This document shows, one piece after another, positions 1 through 8,145 of a DNA stretch of 64,000 nt. The DNA comes from a virus: positions 1 to 64,000 of IMG/VR virus record IMGVR_UViG_3300020061_000004; one strand, 5' to 3'. The translations under genes and the position numbers were made by a program. Positions within the stretch are counted from its first letter, which is position 1. Each line of letters begins with the position of its first letter. Below the pieces are notes generated by a model. That model saw only the letters and a program-made list of their open reading frames with translations. It did not search any database and had not been told where the DNA came from.

Positions 1-1
1 C

Positions 2-685
2 GTAGATATCCTCCTAACTATCGATAACCGAATCGATATAATAGGAAATCATGACGAATGGTTCAAACATTGGTTAGGAGGAGGAACTCATCCTATGCAT
101 TGGATGCAAGGAGGAGAAGGTACAGTGCGATCTTATCTGAGATATACACAAGATGATAGTCTTATTATTAAAAACAAAGGTAATGGAGGATTCATCACAG
201 CTCTAAATCCAGATGATGTTGATTCTACACATTGGAAGTTTTGGAGATATCAAAATCTCTATTATCATGATAAAGAAAGGGACTATTTCTTTGTACACGC
301 AGGCTGGAACAGAGAAAGTACTGTAGCTCGTGTAAGACAGATATGTCCCGAAGAATTTTATTGGGATAGAGAACTTTGGTATAAAGCTTTATGCTGTGGA
401 CCTGATGTTAAGCTAAAAACAGCTGATAACTTTGATACCATATTCATAGGACATACTGCAACCACTAATTGGAAGACAAAGAATATTCTTATAGATCAAG
501 GAATAAAAATCCCTAGAAAGAATGTAGACTTTCCACTCTATGCTGGAGGTATATGGAATTTGGATACTGGTGCTGGTTGGAGCGGTAAGCTTACAATCAT
601 GGATATTGATACAAAACAATATTGGCAATCTGATGAGGTAGAACTACTCTATCCTAATGAGGTTGTTAGAAGAACAATAACATAA
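2..685 (+). CDS. Metallophosphoesterase (PPP/calcineurin-like), 5'-truncated by window edge
   Basis: Frame is open from position 2 (VDILLTIDNRIDIIGNHDEW...). Motifs GNHD, FVHAG, IGHT and LDTGAG are present. Confidence 0.85.
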   Translation, partial: VDILLTIDNRIDIIGNHDEWFKHWLGGGTHPMHWMQGGEGTVRSYLRYTQDDSLIIKNKGNGGFITALNPDDVDSTHWKFWRYQNLYYHDKERDYFFVHAGWNRESTVARVRQICPEEFYWDRELWYKALCCGPDVKLKTADNFDTIFIGHTATTNWKTKNILIDQGIKIPRKNVDFPLYAGGIWNLDTGAGWSGKLTIMDIDTKQYWQSDEVELLYPNEVVRRTIT

Positions 686-686
686 T

Positions 687-2069
687 ATGAAACTAAAAGC
701 TCCAATGAACGAGAACTACGCTGCCACAGTAGTAGTAATCAAAAACATTATCACTCTTACTAATTGTGATAATGTAGTACACACAAGTATTTTTGGTAAT
801 TTAGTAGTTGTTGGTAAAGAAACAAAAATTGGAGATATAGGATTATATTTTCCGGTGGAAACAAGATTGTCTCATGAATTCCTAAATGAGAATAATCTTT
901 ACAGAGACAATACTAAAAACAAACAAATAGATGAGAAAGGCTATTTTGAAGATAATGGTAGAATTCGTTGCGTCAAGTTTCGTGGGAATCGATCCGAGGG
1001 CTTGTTCCTACCAACTCTATCTCTATTGCCTTTTGCTGAGGTTACTGATATTGCATCTTTGCCTGAAGGTAGTATGTTCGACAGTATTAACGGAATATCG
1101 ATATGCGAGAAATATGTTCCGAAGGTGGGTAATACACCCGGAACATCCGGCTCCTCCAAAGGCTCTAGAAAAGTGGCTAAGAAAATATCTAAAATCATAG
1201 CAGGACAGTTCAATTTTCATCCTGATACAAGCATGCTTGGAAAGAATATGCATAAGATATTTCCAAATACTCTTATCTCTATCACTGACAAGCTACACGG
1301 TACATCATTCGTAGTATCTAATATCCTATGTAAGAAGAAGTTGAAACTCAAGCATCGTATTCTTAAATTCCTTGGTGTTCCCTTGATTGATACACATTAT
1401 GAGACCATTTATAGTAGCCGGAAGGTTATTAAAAATGATGATCTTAATCATGATTATAATCACTTCTATAAGGAAGACGTATGGAAGAATGCTGCGGATG
1501 CACTGAAGGATATCCTTCTTCCCGGTATGACAGCTTATGGTGAGATTGTAGGCTTTACCCAATCAGGAACACCAATCCAACAAGGTTATGATTACGGATT
1601 CTCTAATAAAGTAAACACACTTGATAGGGAAACTACAAATGTCCAAAACTTTGGCATATACGTATACCGCCTTACCTTCACAACAGTAACAGGACAAGTC
1701 ATCGAATTCAGTGCTAAGCAAGTACAGAATTGGTGTAAGGAACATGGACTAAATCCTGTTCCTGAATTCTTCTATGGGAAAGCTAGTGATCTAATTAAAG
1801 TAGATAATCAGCTTATTTTCTTTCACGAAGAAGCTAAAGATCGATGGAGAGGACAAGTATTAGAGTATCTCTTGACAGCTTTTAACATGGAAAAGGATGA
1901 TGCAAACTGTGTCAACAAAGTACCAGCTGAAGGTATTGTAGTAAGAATTGAAGATGGTACAAACTATGACGCTTACAAACTGAAGAGTTTTCGCTTTCGT
2001 GAGCGTGAAACAAAAGAGCTTGATAAGGGTGTAGTTGATGTAGAAACGAGTGAATCTCACACAGAATAA
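687..2069 (+). CDS. ATP-dependent RNA ligase (Rnl2/DRB0094-like) with N-terminal OB-like domain
   Basis: Nucleotidyltransferase motifs I TDKLHGTS, III YGEIVG, IV EGIVVR and V YKLKS. N-terminal segment GDIGLYFP...RGNRSEGL. Confidence 0.85.
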   Translation: MKLKAPMNENYAATVVVIKNIITLTNCDNVVHTSIFGNLVVVGKETKIGDIGLYFPVETRLSHEFLNENNLYRDNTKNKQIDEKGYFEDNGRIRCVKFRGNRSEGLFLPTLSLLPFAEVTDIASLPEGSMFDSINGISICEKYVPKVGNTPGTSGSSKGSRKVAKKISKIIAGQFNFHPDTSMLGKNMHKIFPNTLISITDKLHGTSFVVSNILCKKKLKLKHRILKFLGVPLIDTHYETIYSSRKVIKNDDLNHDYNHFYKEDVWKNAADALKDILLPGMTAYGEIVGFTQSGTPIQQGYDYGFSNKVNTLDRETTNVQNFGIYVYRLTFTTVTGQVIEFSAKQVQNWCKEHGLNPVPEFFYGKASDLIKVDNQLIFFHEEAKDRWRGQVLEYLLTAFNMEKDDANCVNKVPAEGIVVRIEDGTNYDAYKLKSFRFRERETKELDKGVVDVETSESHTE

Positions 2070-2080
2070 GAACAGAAAGA

Positions 2081-2353
2081 ATGAAGACCTTAATTTTAAC
2101 GGTGAAAGAAGCAACGCAGGCGAAACTCATTTACAGACCGGGATTTGCAGTAATAAAAATTCCCGGAAGCCTTGAGATGCCTGATCAGATTATATTAAGA
2201 AATAAATTACTAAAAATTGTAGATGGAATCAGGGATAGTAACTTTTTCCTGAAGATGTATTACAAGATTGGAACGCCATATTTATTTCTTAATAAACGAA
2301 TTTCTTCTACAAAAAAGGAGACTTTTGTGGTGTATAAGTGGGATGATCTATAA
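2081..2353 (+). CDS. Hypothetical protein
   Basis: 90-aa ORF filling the gap, co-oriented with neighbours. Confidence 0.55.
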   Translation: MKTLILTVKEATQAKLIYRPGFAVIKIPGSLEMPDQIILRNKLLKIVDGIRDSNFFLKMYYKIGTPYLFLNKRISSTKKETFVVYKWDDL

Positions 2354-2360
2354 CGAAAAG

Positions 2361-2388
2361 GAAGGGGAGAGAGATACTCCCCTTCTTT
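2361..2388 (+). terminator. Probable intrinsic terminator
   Basis: GAAGGGGAG-(7 nt)-CTCCCCTTC stem followed by a short TTT tail. Confidence 0.6.
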
Positions 2389-2400
2389 AAATTTCCAATT

Positions 2401-2904
2401 ATGGTAGATAAATTAGAAAAGATATTTGTAATTTGTATGGTAGGGATGCCATGTTCTGGAAAGAGTACATGGATACAAGATAATAAACCCAGAATTGCTA
2501 GTCAGTACAATACAAATGTTATTGTTATTAGTCGTGACACTATAAGAGAAACATTCTTTGGTAAAGATTACAAACAAAATAAAGAGGATGAAAAAGCTGT
2601 AACAATACGATATTGGAAAGAGCTTTCTCATGCTATTATGTTAGACAATGCTGTAATCATACTTGATAATTGTCACACAAAATCGTCTTATATAGATGAG
2701 TATATAAAGCTATTTCAGCCTTTGATTAATTCAGGCAAATTAGAGTTTTTTATAAAAATTCTTAAGGTGCCCTACTTACAAGCTTTAATGCGAAACTATA
2801 AACGACGAGTTGCCACTGGAAAGTGGATTCCACAAGATGTATTAAAAAGCTTTCATGAAGCATTTTTACGTCTCGATACTTCAAATTATAGAGAATTTGT
2901 ATGA
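2401..2904 (+). CDS. Polynucleotide kinase-like P-loop protein (AAA_33/PNK kinase domain)
   Basis: Walker A GMPCSGKST, ISRDTIR, VIILDN, and lid RNYKR. Confidence 0.8.
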   Translation: MVDKLEKIFVICMVGMPCSGKSTWIQDNKPRIASQYNTNVIVISRDTIRETFFGKDYKQNKEDEKAVTIRYWKELSHAIMLDNAVIILDNCHTKSSYIDEYIKLFQPLINSGKLEFFIKILKVPYLQALMRNYKRRVATGKWIPQDVLKSFHEAFLRLDTSNYREFV

Positions 2905-3515
2905 GTAATTTAACTAATTCCCTAAAGGGGAATATATTTCTTTGTAGTGACTTACATTTAGGACATTCTAATATCGCAGGTCCTTCAACAAGTAATTGGA
3001 AAGGTGGACATCGAAACTTCAAAAGTGTTGAAGATATGGATCGTACTATTATTGATAATATCAATGATATTGTTCCACAGGATGGTATTATTCTCTTTCA
3101 TGGTGATTTCTCATTTGGTGGACACACAAAGATTCCTGATTATCGCAGGAGGATCATCTGCCGGAATATTCACTTTATTAAAGGAAACCATGATCAGCAC
3201 ATCCATAAGTATAAAGATTTCTTCACTACAGTGCAGGATTATTGGGAAGGTACTTTAAATCACCATCCTTGGGTGGCATTACATTATGCAATGAGGATAT
3301 GGATGGGAAGTCATAAAGGCTTCTTTCATACCTATGGACATTCTCATTCATCATTAGAGCATAGTCCTCATGGAAAGAGTATGGATGTTGGTATTGATAA
3401 TGCTTTTAAAGTATTAGGTGAATATCGTCCATTCAGGCTGGATGAAGTAGTAGAAATTCTTAACAAAAGGAATATTTCATTTGTGGATAACCACGGAAAG
3501 CATACTAATGTATGA
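2901..3515 (+). CDS. Calcineurin-like metallophosphoesterase
   Basis: SDLHLGH, HGDF, GNHD, HY, GHSH and DVGID motifs. ATGA overlap with the kinase gene. Confidence 0.88.
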   Translation: MSNLTNSLKGNIFLCSDLHLGHSNIAGPSTSNWKGGHRNFKSVEDMDRTIIDNINDIVPQDGIILFHGDFSFGGHTKIPDYRRRIICRNIHFIKGNHDQHIHKYKDFFTTVQDYWEGTLNHHPWVALHYAMRIWMGSHKGFFHTYGHSHSSLEHSPHGKSMDVGIDNAFKVLGEYRPFRLDEVVEILNKRNISFVDNHGKHTNV

Positions 3516-3904
3516 AAATATTTATAGTAGGACTTGAGGATACAAAACTAGTAAACAGAACTGATATTCTGGACTGGTTTTGTTCTCCTCAAGTAGGAAA
3601 AGGCATTATGAATGATACACATTGGATTATACAAACGAATGTACAATTATATAATTCGTTTGGTGATCCTGATGTAGGATATTTCATGAAAATGCTGGAA
3701 AGAGTATTGGCTAAAGGATATGAATCATTAATGATAATGAAATATGGAACAGAGTATAGAGGAAAAGATAGCCAAAATAGTGGCGAACAAAGGCAAGATC
3801 GAAAGGATGAAATACAACATCCTGATAATCCGCCGGTTGGAGAAGTATCTACAGGAGAACCCAGACTTGAGGTTCCAGCAGGTACTACAGAATCTGGAGA
3901 TTAA
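3512..3904 (+). CDS. Hypothetical protein
   Basis: ATGA-coupled to the upstream gene. The 3' part overlaps the next ORF. Confidence 0.5.
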   Translation: MKIFIVGLEDTKLVNRTDILDWFCSPQVGKGIMNDTHWIIQTNVQLYNSFGDPDVGYFMKMLERVLAKGYESLMIMKYGTEYRGKDSQNSGEQRQDRKDEIQHPDNPPVGEVSTGEPRLEVPAGTTESGD

Positions 3905-4061
3905 TGAAGTAGAGAAGAGAGAATTTACTCATGAAGGTTATGATATGATTGTTCTTACGGATAAATTTTATGAAGAATCTTCTATCACCTACAAAAAACT
4001 ATCAGAATGTTTACTTTCTATGAAGTGGGAGGGAAAGTCCGAGACGAGTTCCTTGGATTAA
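3744..4061 (+). CDS. Hypothetical phage protein
   Basis: Phage-like motif NPDLRFQQVL...DKFYEES and plausible composition. Confidence 0.6.
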   Translation: MEQSIEEKIAKIVANKGKIERMKYNILIIRRLEKYLQENPDLRFQQVLQNLEINEVEKREFTHEGYDMIVLTDKFYEESSITYKKLSECLLSMKWEGKSETSSLD

Positions 4062-4729
4062 AATCTAAGGACCTCGATTATGTAGCAGTTCCTCATCCGG
4101 ACTATTACTCTCCAAGTATAAAAATGGAGACATTATTTCAGCTTCTTGAAAACCAATTGGTTAATCAAGGATTTCAAATATTTCTTCGTACTCCAAAAAT
4201 GTTCACAATTAGAGCAAAGAATCCTAGTACAAAGGAAACTTCCGACTTTGTGATAGCTAGGAAAGAAGTTGGTTATATACCAAATACTCGTGAGCCTATA
4301 TGTGTACCGGGTACTCTTCTTGATGACCTCACTCGTAGAGATTTTACTATGAATGCTATTGCAAAAGCACAGGATGGAACTATAATTGATCCATTTGATG
4401 GGCAGAAAGCAATAAGGGATAGATTTCTTCAAACTCCTCTACCAACAATACAAACGTTTAGTGATGACCCTCTAAGAATACTTAGAGCTATTCGCTTTTC
4501 AGTTACTAAAGGATTTGTAATGAGTGAAGAAATTATATCTGCAATACATTCTTTTGATTACGATCATCGCTTCGGTGTAGTATCAGAAGAACGTATTCGT
4601 GAAGAACTTTATAAGTGTCTACATTCTAGTACACTACGAACATTAGAATATCTACAAGATTTCTACAATCTTCGTTGGTATATCTTTATTCATACAAAAC
4701 TTTGGCTTAAACCAACAAACGAATCATAA
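4007..4729 (+). CDS. cca: CCA-adding tRNA nucleotidyltransferase (class II), short form
   Basis: VGGKVRD, DLD, DDLTRRDFTMNAIA, DDPLRILRAIRF and ERIREEL motifs. Confidence 0.9.
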   Translation: MFTFYEVGGKVRDEFLGLKSKDLDYVAVPHPDYYSPSIKMETLFQLLENQLVNQGFQIFLRTPKMFTIRAKNPSTKETSDFVIARKEVGYIPNTREPICVPGTLLDDLTRRDFTMNAIAKAQDGTIIDPFDGQKAIRDRFLQTPLPTIQTFSDDPLRILRAIRFSVTKGFVMSEEIISAIHSFDYDHRFGVVSEERIREELYKCLHSSTLRTLEYLQDFYNLRWYIFIHTKLWLKPTNES

Positions 4730-5733
4730 TGGCAAGATATTCAGAAGGTGATATTGTAAGAATAACAGACTTTGAAGTAAGAGATGCAGGGCCTATCTTT
4801 GAAGCAGTAATCACCGAAGTATTAACAGACTCTACTGAAAATGAAAGTACCTATGAAATAGTTGAAGTAGGAGATGATACTTCATTTTGGATAGTAAGAG
4901 ATAATAATATTCATGCACTACTTGGAAATACTTTTATACTTTATGGAAATCCTGAACAAGGTAGAAGAGTTGCCGATATGGCAGATGTTAGAGATAAAAT
5001 AAGTGCTGTAGATGCTCAGTTAGCAGCACAAACAGCACACCTGTGGCGTCAAACAACAAGACGGGGACGTGATTTTGTTAATCCGGTAGAAGCAGTAGTA
5101 GAAGCAATACTACCCGGATTTAATACACTTCCTTTGGCACCTCCTGCACCTACTACTCCTGAACTACCTATTCCTCGACAAGGTGAAACAATAGAACAAA
5201 ATGCTGATGGAGAAATAATTGTTACTACTCAACGTGGAGAACGTTTTGTATTTAGTGGTATTCCTCATTATAATGCATGGAATCAGATTCGTAGACCAGC
5301 AGTACCAGTTCAGAATAGAGAAGAAGGAAGAGAGTTACAGAGAGCTGAAAGAACCAATATTACTACAACTGATTACAGACCAAAAACAGGAAATACAAGA
5401 CCTTTAAGAACATTTGTAATTTCTATGATAGGAGAAGACCTTATTCTTACTCCTACATTACCATTTGGAAGTTCTGTCTATCAGTTTTTTGATCAAAATG
5501 GTACACAATGGGATAATGAGCATAATAGCCTAATAGTATCAAGAGCTGAAACAACTCTAGTAGATCATTGTGGACAACGTTGGGCTCGTATGGAAGATGT
5601 TGAATTTGCTAGAAGAGGAAGTTTTCAGGACGTAAAAAGAACTCCCAAAAAGAAAAAACATCTTAGGCGTAGAACACCAATGCCTGAAATAAAAGACGCT
5701 AAATATTATGGTAGTAGAGAATTCATCGGTTAA
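4729..5733 (+). CDS. Hypothetical protein (possible SH3/KOW-like N-terminus, Pro-rich linker)
   Basis: 334-aa ORF with TAATG coupling. N-terminus RYSEGDIVRI. Confidence 0.65.
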   Translation: MARYSEGDIVRITDFEVRDAGPIFEAVITEVLTDSTENESTYEIVEVGDDTSFWIVRDNNIHALLGNTFILYGNPEQGRRVADMADVRDKISAVDAQLAAQTAHLWRQTTRRGRDFVNPVEAVVEAILPGFNTLPLAPPAPTTPELPIPRQGETIEQNADGEIIVTTQRGERFVFSGIPHYNAWNQIRRPAVPVQNREEGRELQRAERTNITTTDYRPKTGNTRPLRTFVISMIGEDLILTPTLPFGSSVYQFFDQNGTQWDNEHNSLIVSRAETTLVDHCGQRWARMEDVEFARRGSFQDVKRTPKKKKHLRRRTPMPEIKDAKYYGSREFIG

Positions 5734-6865
5734 TCCAACAATTGGAAAGGATTCAAAAATACCAGATTTAGGAAATGGAAATACTATCATCTATGGTTGT
5801 ATCGTAGGCTCTCATGCCTATGGTACAAACGTAGAGGGTAGTGACATTGACAAAAAATGGATATATATACAAAGTTCTATAGATTTCTTCATTAATGGTT
5901 ATAGACCACAGATTGAAATTTCTAAGGATGAAGTATGTTATGAACTTTCACGATTCCTTGAACTGGCATTAAAAGCCAATCCTACAATATTAGAACTATT
6001 CTTTAGTCCTGATGATTGTATTTTATATAAGCATCCTGTGTTTAATAAGTTATTACACATGAGGAAGCAGTTTCTTACTAAGCAATGCCGTTATTCCTTT
6101 GGTGGATATGCTTTAGCTCAGATTGAAAAGGCGCGTGGACTTGATAAAAAAATGAACTGGGAGAAGGATAAGATAGACCGCAAATCTATTCTCGACTTTT
6201 GCTATTGGATTGAAGAAGCCATAGACCCCACACTCAATGACTATTATCAGTCTGTACCTATTAAAGAGATATTCACTGAGAGGCAACTATCCAAAATGGG
6301 GCTTTCTAATATCCCAAATACTAGAGGGCTATATAATCTATTTTGTGACATTCGCTTCGAATTGGGTGGCATTGCTGATGAGAAATCTAATGATGTTCGT
6401 ACAACTTCAATACCAAAAGGTACAAGTAGTTGCGGAATGGTATTCTTTAATAAAGATGCCTATTCTATACACTGTAAAGAGTATAACGAATATCAAACCT
6501 GGCTAAGTAAGCGTAATACTCAGAGATATGTTGATGTTGAGAATCATGGGCAGATGATAGATGGTAAGAACCTTCTACACTGTGTGAGACTCATCGAAAC
6601 AGCCTTAGATATTGCTAAATTAGGAAATCTTATTGTAAGAAGACCTAATACAGAATATTTAAAGTCTATACGTCTCGGAAAACTTGATCTTGAGGTTATT
6701 CTTGAACATAGCAAGAAGTATATCAATGAGATGGACTCTGCTTTTAGTTCATCAAAATTAGCAGATAAGTTTGATGCTCCAAACATGCTTAAATATCTTA
6801 ACTATGATATTCGTAAGCAAGTTGAAAATGAAAGAAAAGAACCAATAAAACCAAATTTCAGATAA
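5708..6865 (+). CDS. Pol-beta family nucleotidyltransferase (RlaP/Nuc-transf-like)
   Basis: GSHAYGTNVEGSDID, KANPTILE, GGYALAQ, DGKNLLHCVRL and IRLGK motifs. Confidence 0.85.
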   Translation: MVVENSSVNPTIGKDSKIPDLGNGNTIIYGCIVGSHAYGTNVEGSDIDKKWIYIQSSIDFFINGYRPQIEISKDEVCYELSRFLELALKANPTILELFFSPDDCILYKHPVFNKLLHMRKQFLTKQCRYSFGGYALAQIEKARGLDKKMNWEKDKIDRKSILDFCYWIEEAIDPTLNDYYQSVPIKEIFTERQLSKMGLSNIPNTRGLYNLFCDIRFELGGIADEKSNDVRTTSIPKGTSSCGMVFFNKDAYSIHCKEYNEYQTWLSKRNTQRYVDVENHGQMIDGKNLLHCVRLIETALDIAKLGNLIVRRPNTEYLKSIRLGKLDLEVILEHSKKYINEMDSAFSSSKLADKFDAPNMLKYLNYDIRKQVENERKEPIKPNFR

Positions 6866-7395
6866 TGCAAAAATACTATTTGCTTACATTTAATGAAGAC
6901 TGGGCTGATGAACATTATGTTCCTGCTCTTACATGCTTCACCGAGAATGAGTATCAAAGATGGCTTAGGCAAGCTACAGGAAAACCTAATAAGAATTATG
7001 CTGATGAAAAAGCAAAATTTACATTACGTTTAGCTGCTAGTAAAAAATATGATGATCTAGCAAGAAAGAGTTATCTCAAGCCCGGAAGTGTGTCTAAGGA
7101 AGAATTACTAGCGACTCATGTTCCATATGTAAATTCAGTACATGATGTTCCAAAGAAGTTCTTTAGTGGAATACATGCTTCTCTTGGAAACAATGGAGAA
7201 GGTTTTGGAGAAAGCTTTGTAGATTATACAACAGGGCAAGCTCTTGTAGATGCTGCTATTGTATCTGTATATGAAGTACCAAAGGAATTCTTTAATGTAT
7301 TCAAGGAAGTAAATCTTTCTAGTCTCTCCTTATGTAATGTCTTTGATGAAGACCTTGCAGAGAACGTTTACGAAAATGAGGAGTATTACGAATGA
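6865..7395 (+). CDS. Hypothetical protein
   Basis: 176-aa ORF with TAATG coupling. Confidence 0.65.
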   Translation: MQKYYLLTFNEDWADEHYVPALTCFTENEYQRWLRQATGKPNKNYADEKAKFTLRLAASKKYDDLARKSYLKPGSVSKEELLATHVPYVNSVHDVPKKFFSGIHASLGNNGEGFGESFVDYTTGQALVDAAIVSVYEVPKEFFNVFKEVNLSSLSLCNVFDEDLAENVYENEEYYE

Positions 7396-7562
7396 GGCAT
7401 TCATCATGGGAAGGAGAGAGTGATACAGAATCTATGTCACTTAATGATTGTCGTGTTAGGAACTATGAGGAGTTTTCTCACTTAGAAGATAAGGAAGAAA
7501 AGCCTAAAAAGATAGAGGAAAAAGGAGAAGATAAAAAGGAAGGAATAAAAAAGACCAGCTAA
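7392..7562 (+). CDS. Small charged hypothetical protein (56 aa, not in ORF track)
   Basis: ATGA overlap with the previous gene. Reads MRHSSWEGES...GIKKTS and ends at the terminator. Confidence 0.5.
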   Translation: MRHSSWEGESDTESMSLNDCRVRNYEEFSHLEDKEEKPKKIEEKGEDKKEGIKKTS

Positions 7563-7581
7563 ATAGCTGGTCTTACTTTTT
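7546..7581. terminator. Bidirectional intrinsic terminator
   Basis: AAGACCAGCT-AAAT-AGCTGGTCTT flanked by A and T runs, between convergent genes. Confidence 0.85.
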
Positions 7582-7583
7582 AA

Positions 7584-8024
7584 TTAGTCTTGAGAAACAG
7601 GTTCTCCGGTTAAGCTCACAATTTTAGATTTTGGAGCTTCATTTGCTGCTTTCTTCTTTTCTTCCTCAGCCTGACGCTCAGCGAAGTATTTCTGAAGTTT
7701 AATAGTATAGTTAGCTACTTCATCCTGAGACAGAGGAGTTCCATCTTCATATTCGTAGCTAATCTTGATCTTATTTTCCTGAACACCACGTGCAAACAAC
7801 TGTTGAACAGTAGTAATAGCAGGGGAAAACAGATTGAAGAAGTTATAAAGTGATTCTAGTTCAAATCCTTTGATTTCAAAAGTTTCATTTGAGTCCCAAG
7901 TCGGTACTTGATTGAAGGGTTTCTGTACTGGAAGTTCAGCCATAGTGTTTGTTTCTTGTTTTTTTGTTTGTTGTCTTTTTTCTAGCCTTTCTTTATGATC
8001 GGCATTTACTCTACTCTTTGCCAT
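7584..8024 (-). CDS. Hypothetical protein, lone reverse-strand gene
   Basis: 146-aa ORF with its own promoter and terminator. Confidence 0.75.
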   Translation of the reverse strand: MAKSRVNADHKERLEKRQQTKKQETNTMAELPVQKPFNQVPTWDSNETFEIKGFELESLYNFFNLFSPAITTVQQLFARGVQENKIKISYEYEDGTPLSQDEVANYTIKLQKYFAERQAEEEKKKAANEAPKSKIVSLTGEPVSQD

Positions 8025-8040
8025 AATTTCGATTATGATA

Positions 8041-8072
8041 CAAAGGTAATACGAATAATCAGAATAAACAAA
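8041..8072 (-). promoter_or_regulatory. Bacteroidota sigma70-type promoter (-33/-7)
   Basis: TTTG-N20-TACCTTTG on the - strand upstream of 8024. Confidence 0.7.
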
Positions 8073-8118
8073 TATTTCTTAATCTTTTTTAAAAATAATT
8101 TTAACTAATAAATATTGC

Positions 8119-8128
8119 TATCTTTGCA
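8119..8128 (+). promoter_or_regulatory. Bacteroidota -7 promoter element for nrdJ
   Basis: TATCTTTGCA (TAnnTTTG) just upstream of the ATG. No clear -33 element. Confidence 0.6.
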
Positions 8129-8145
8129 GGCTAAATTTAAAATGA

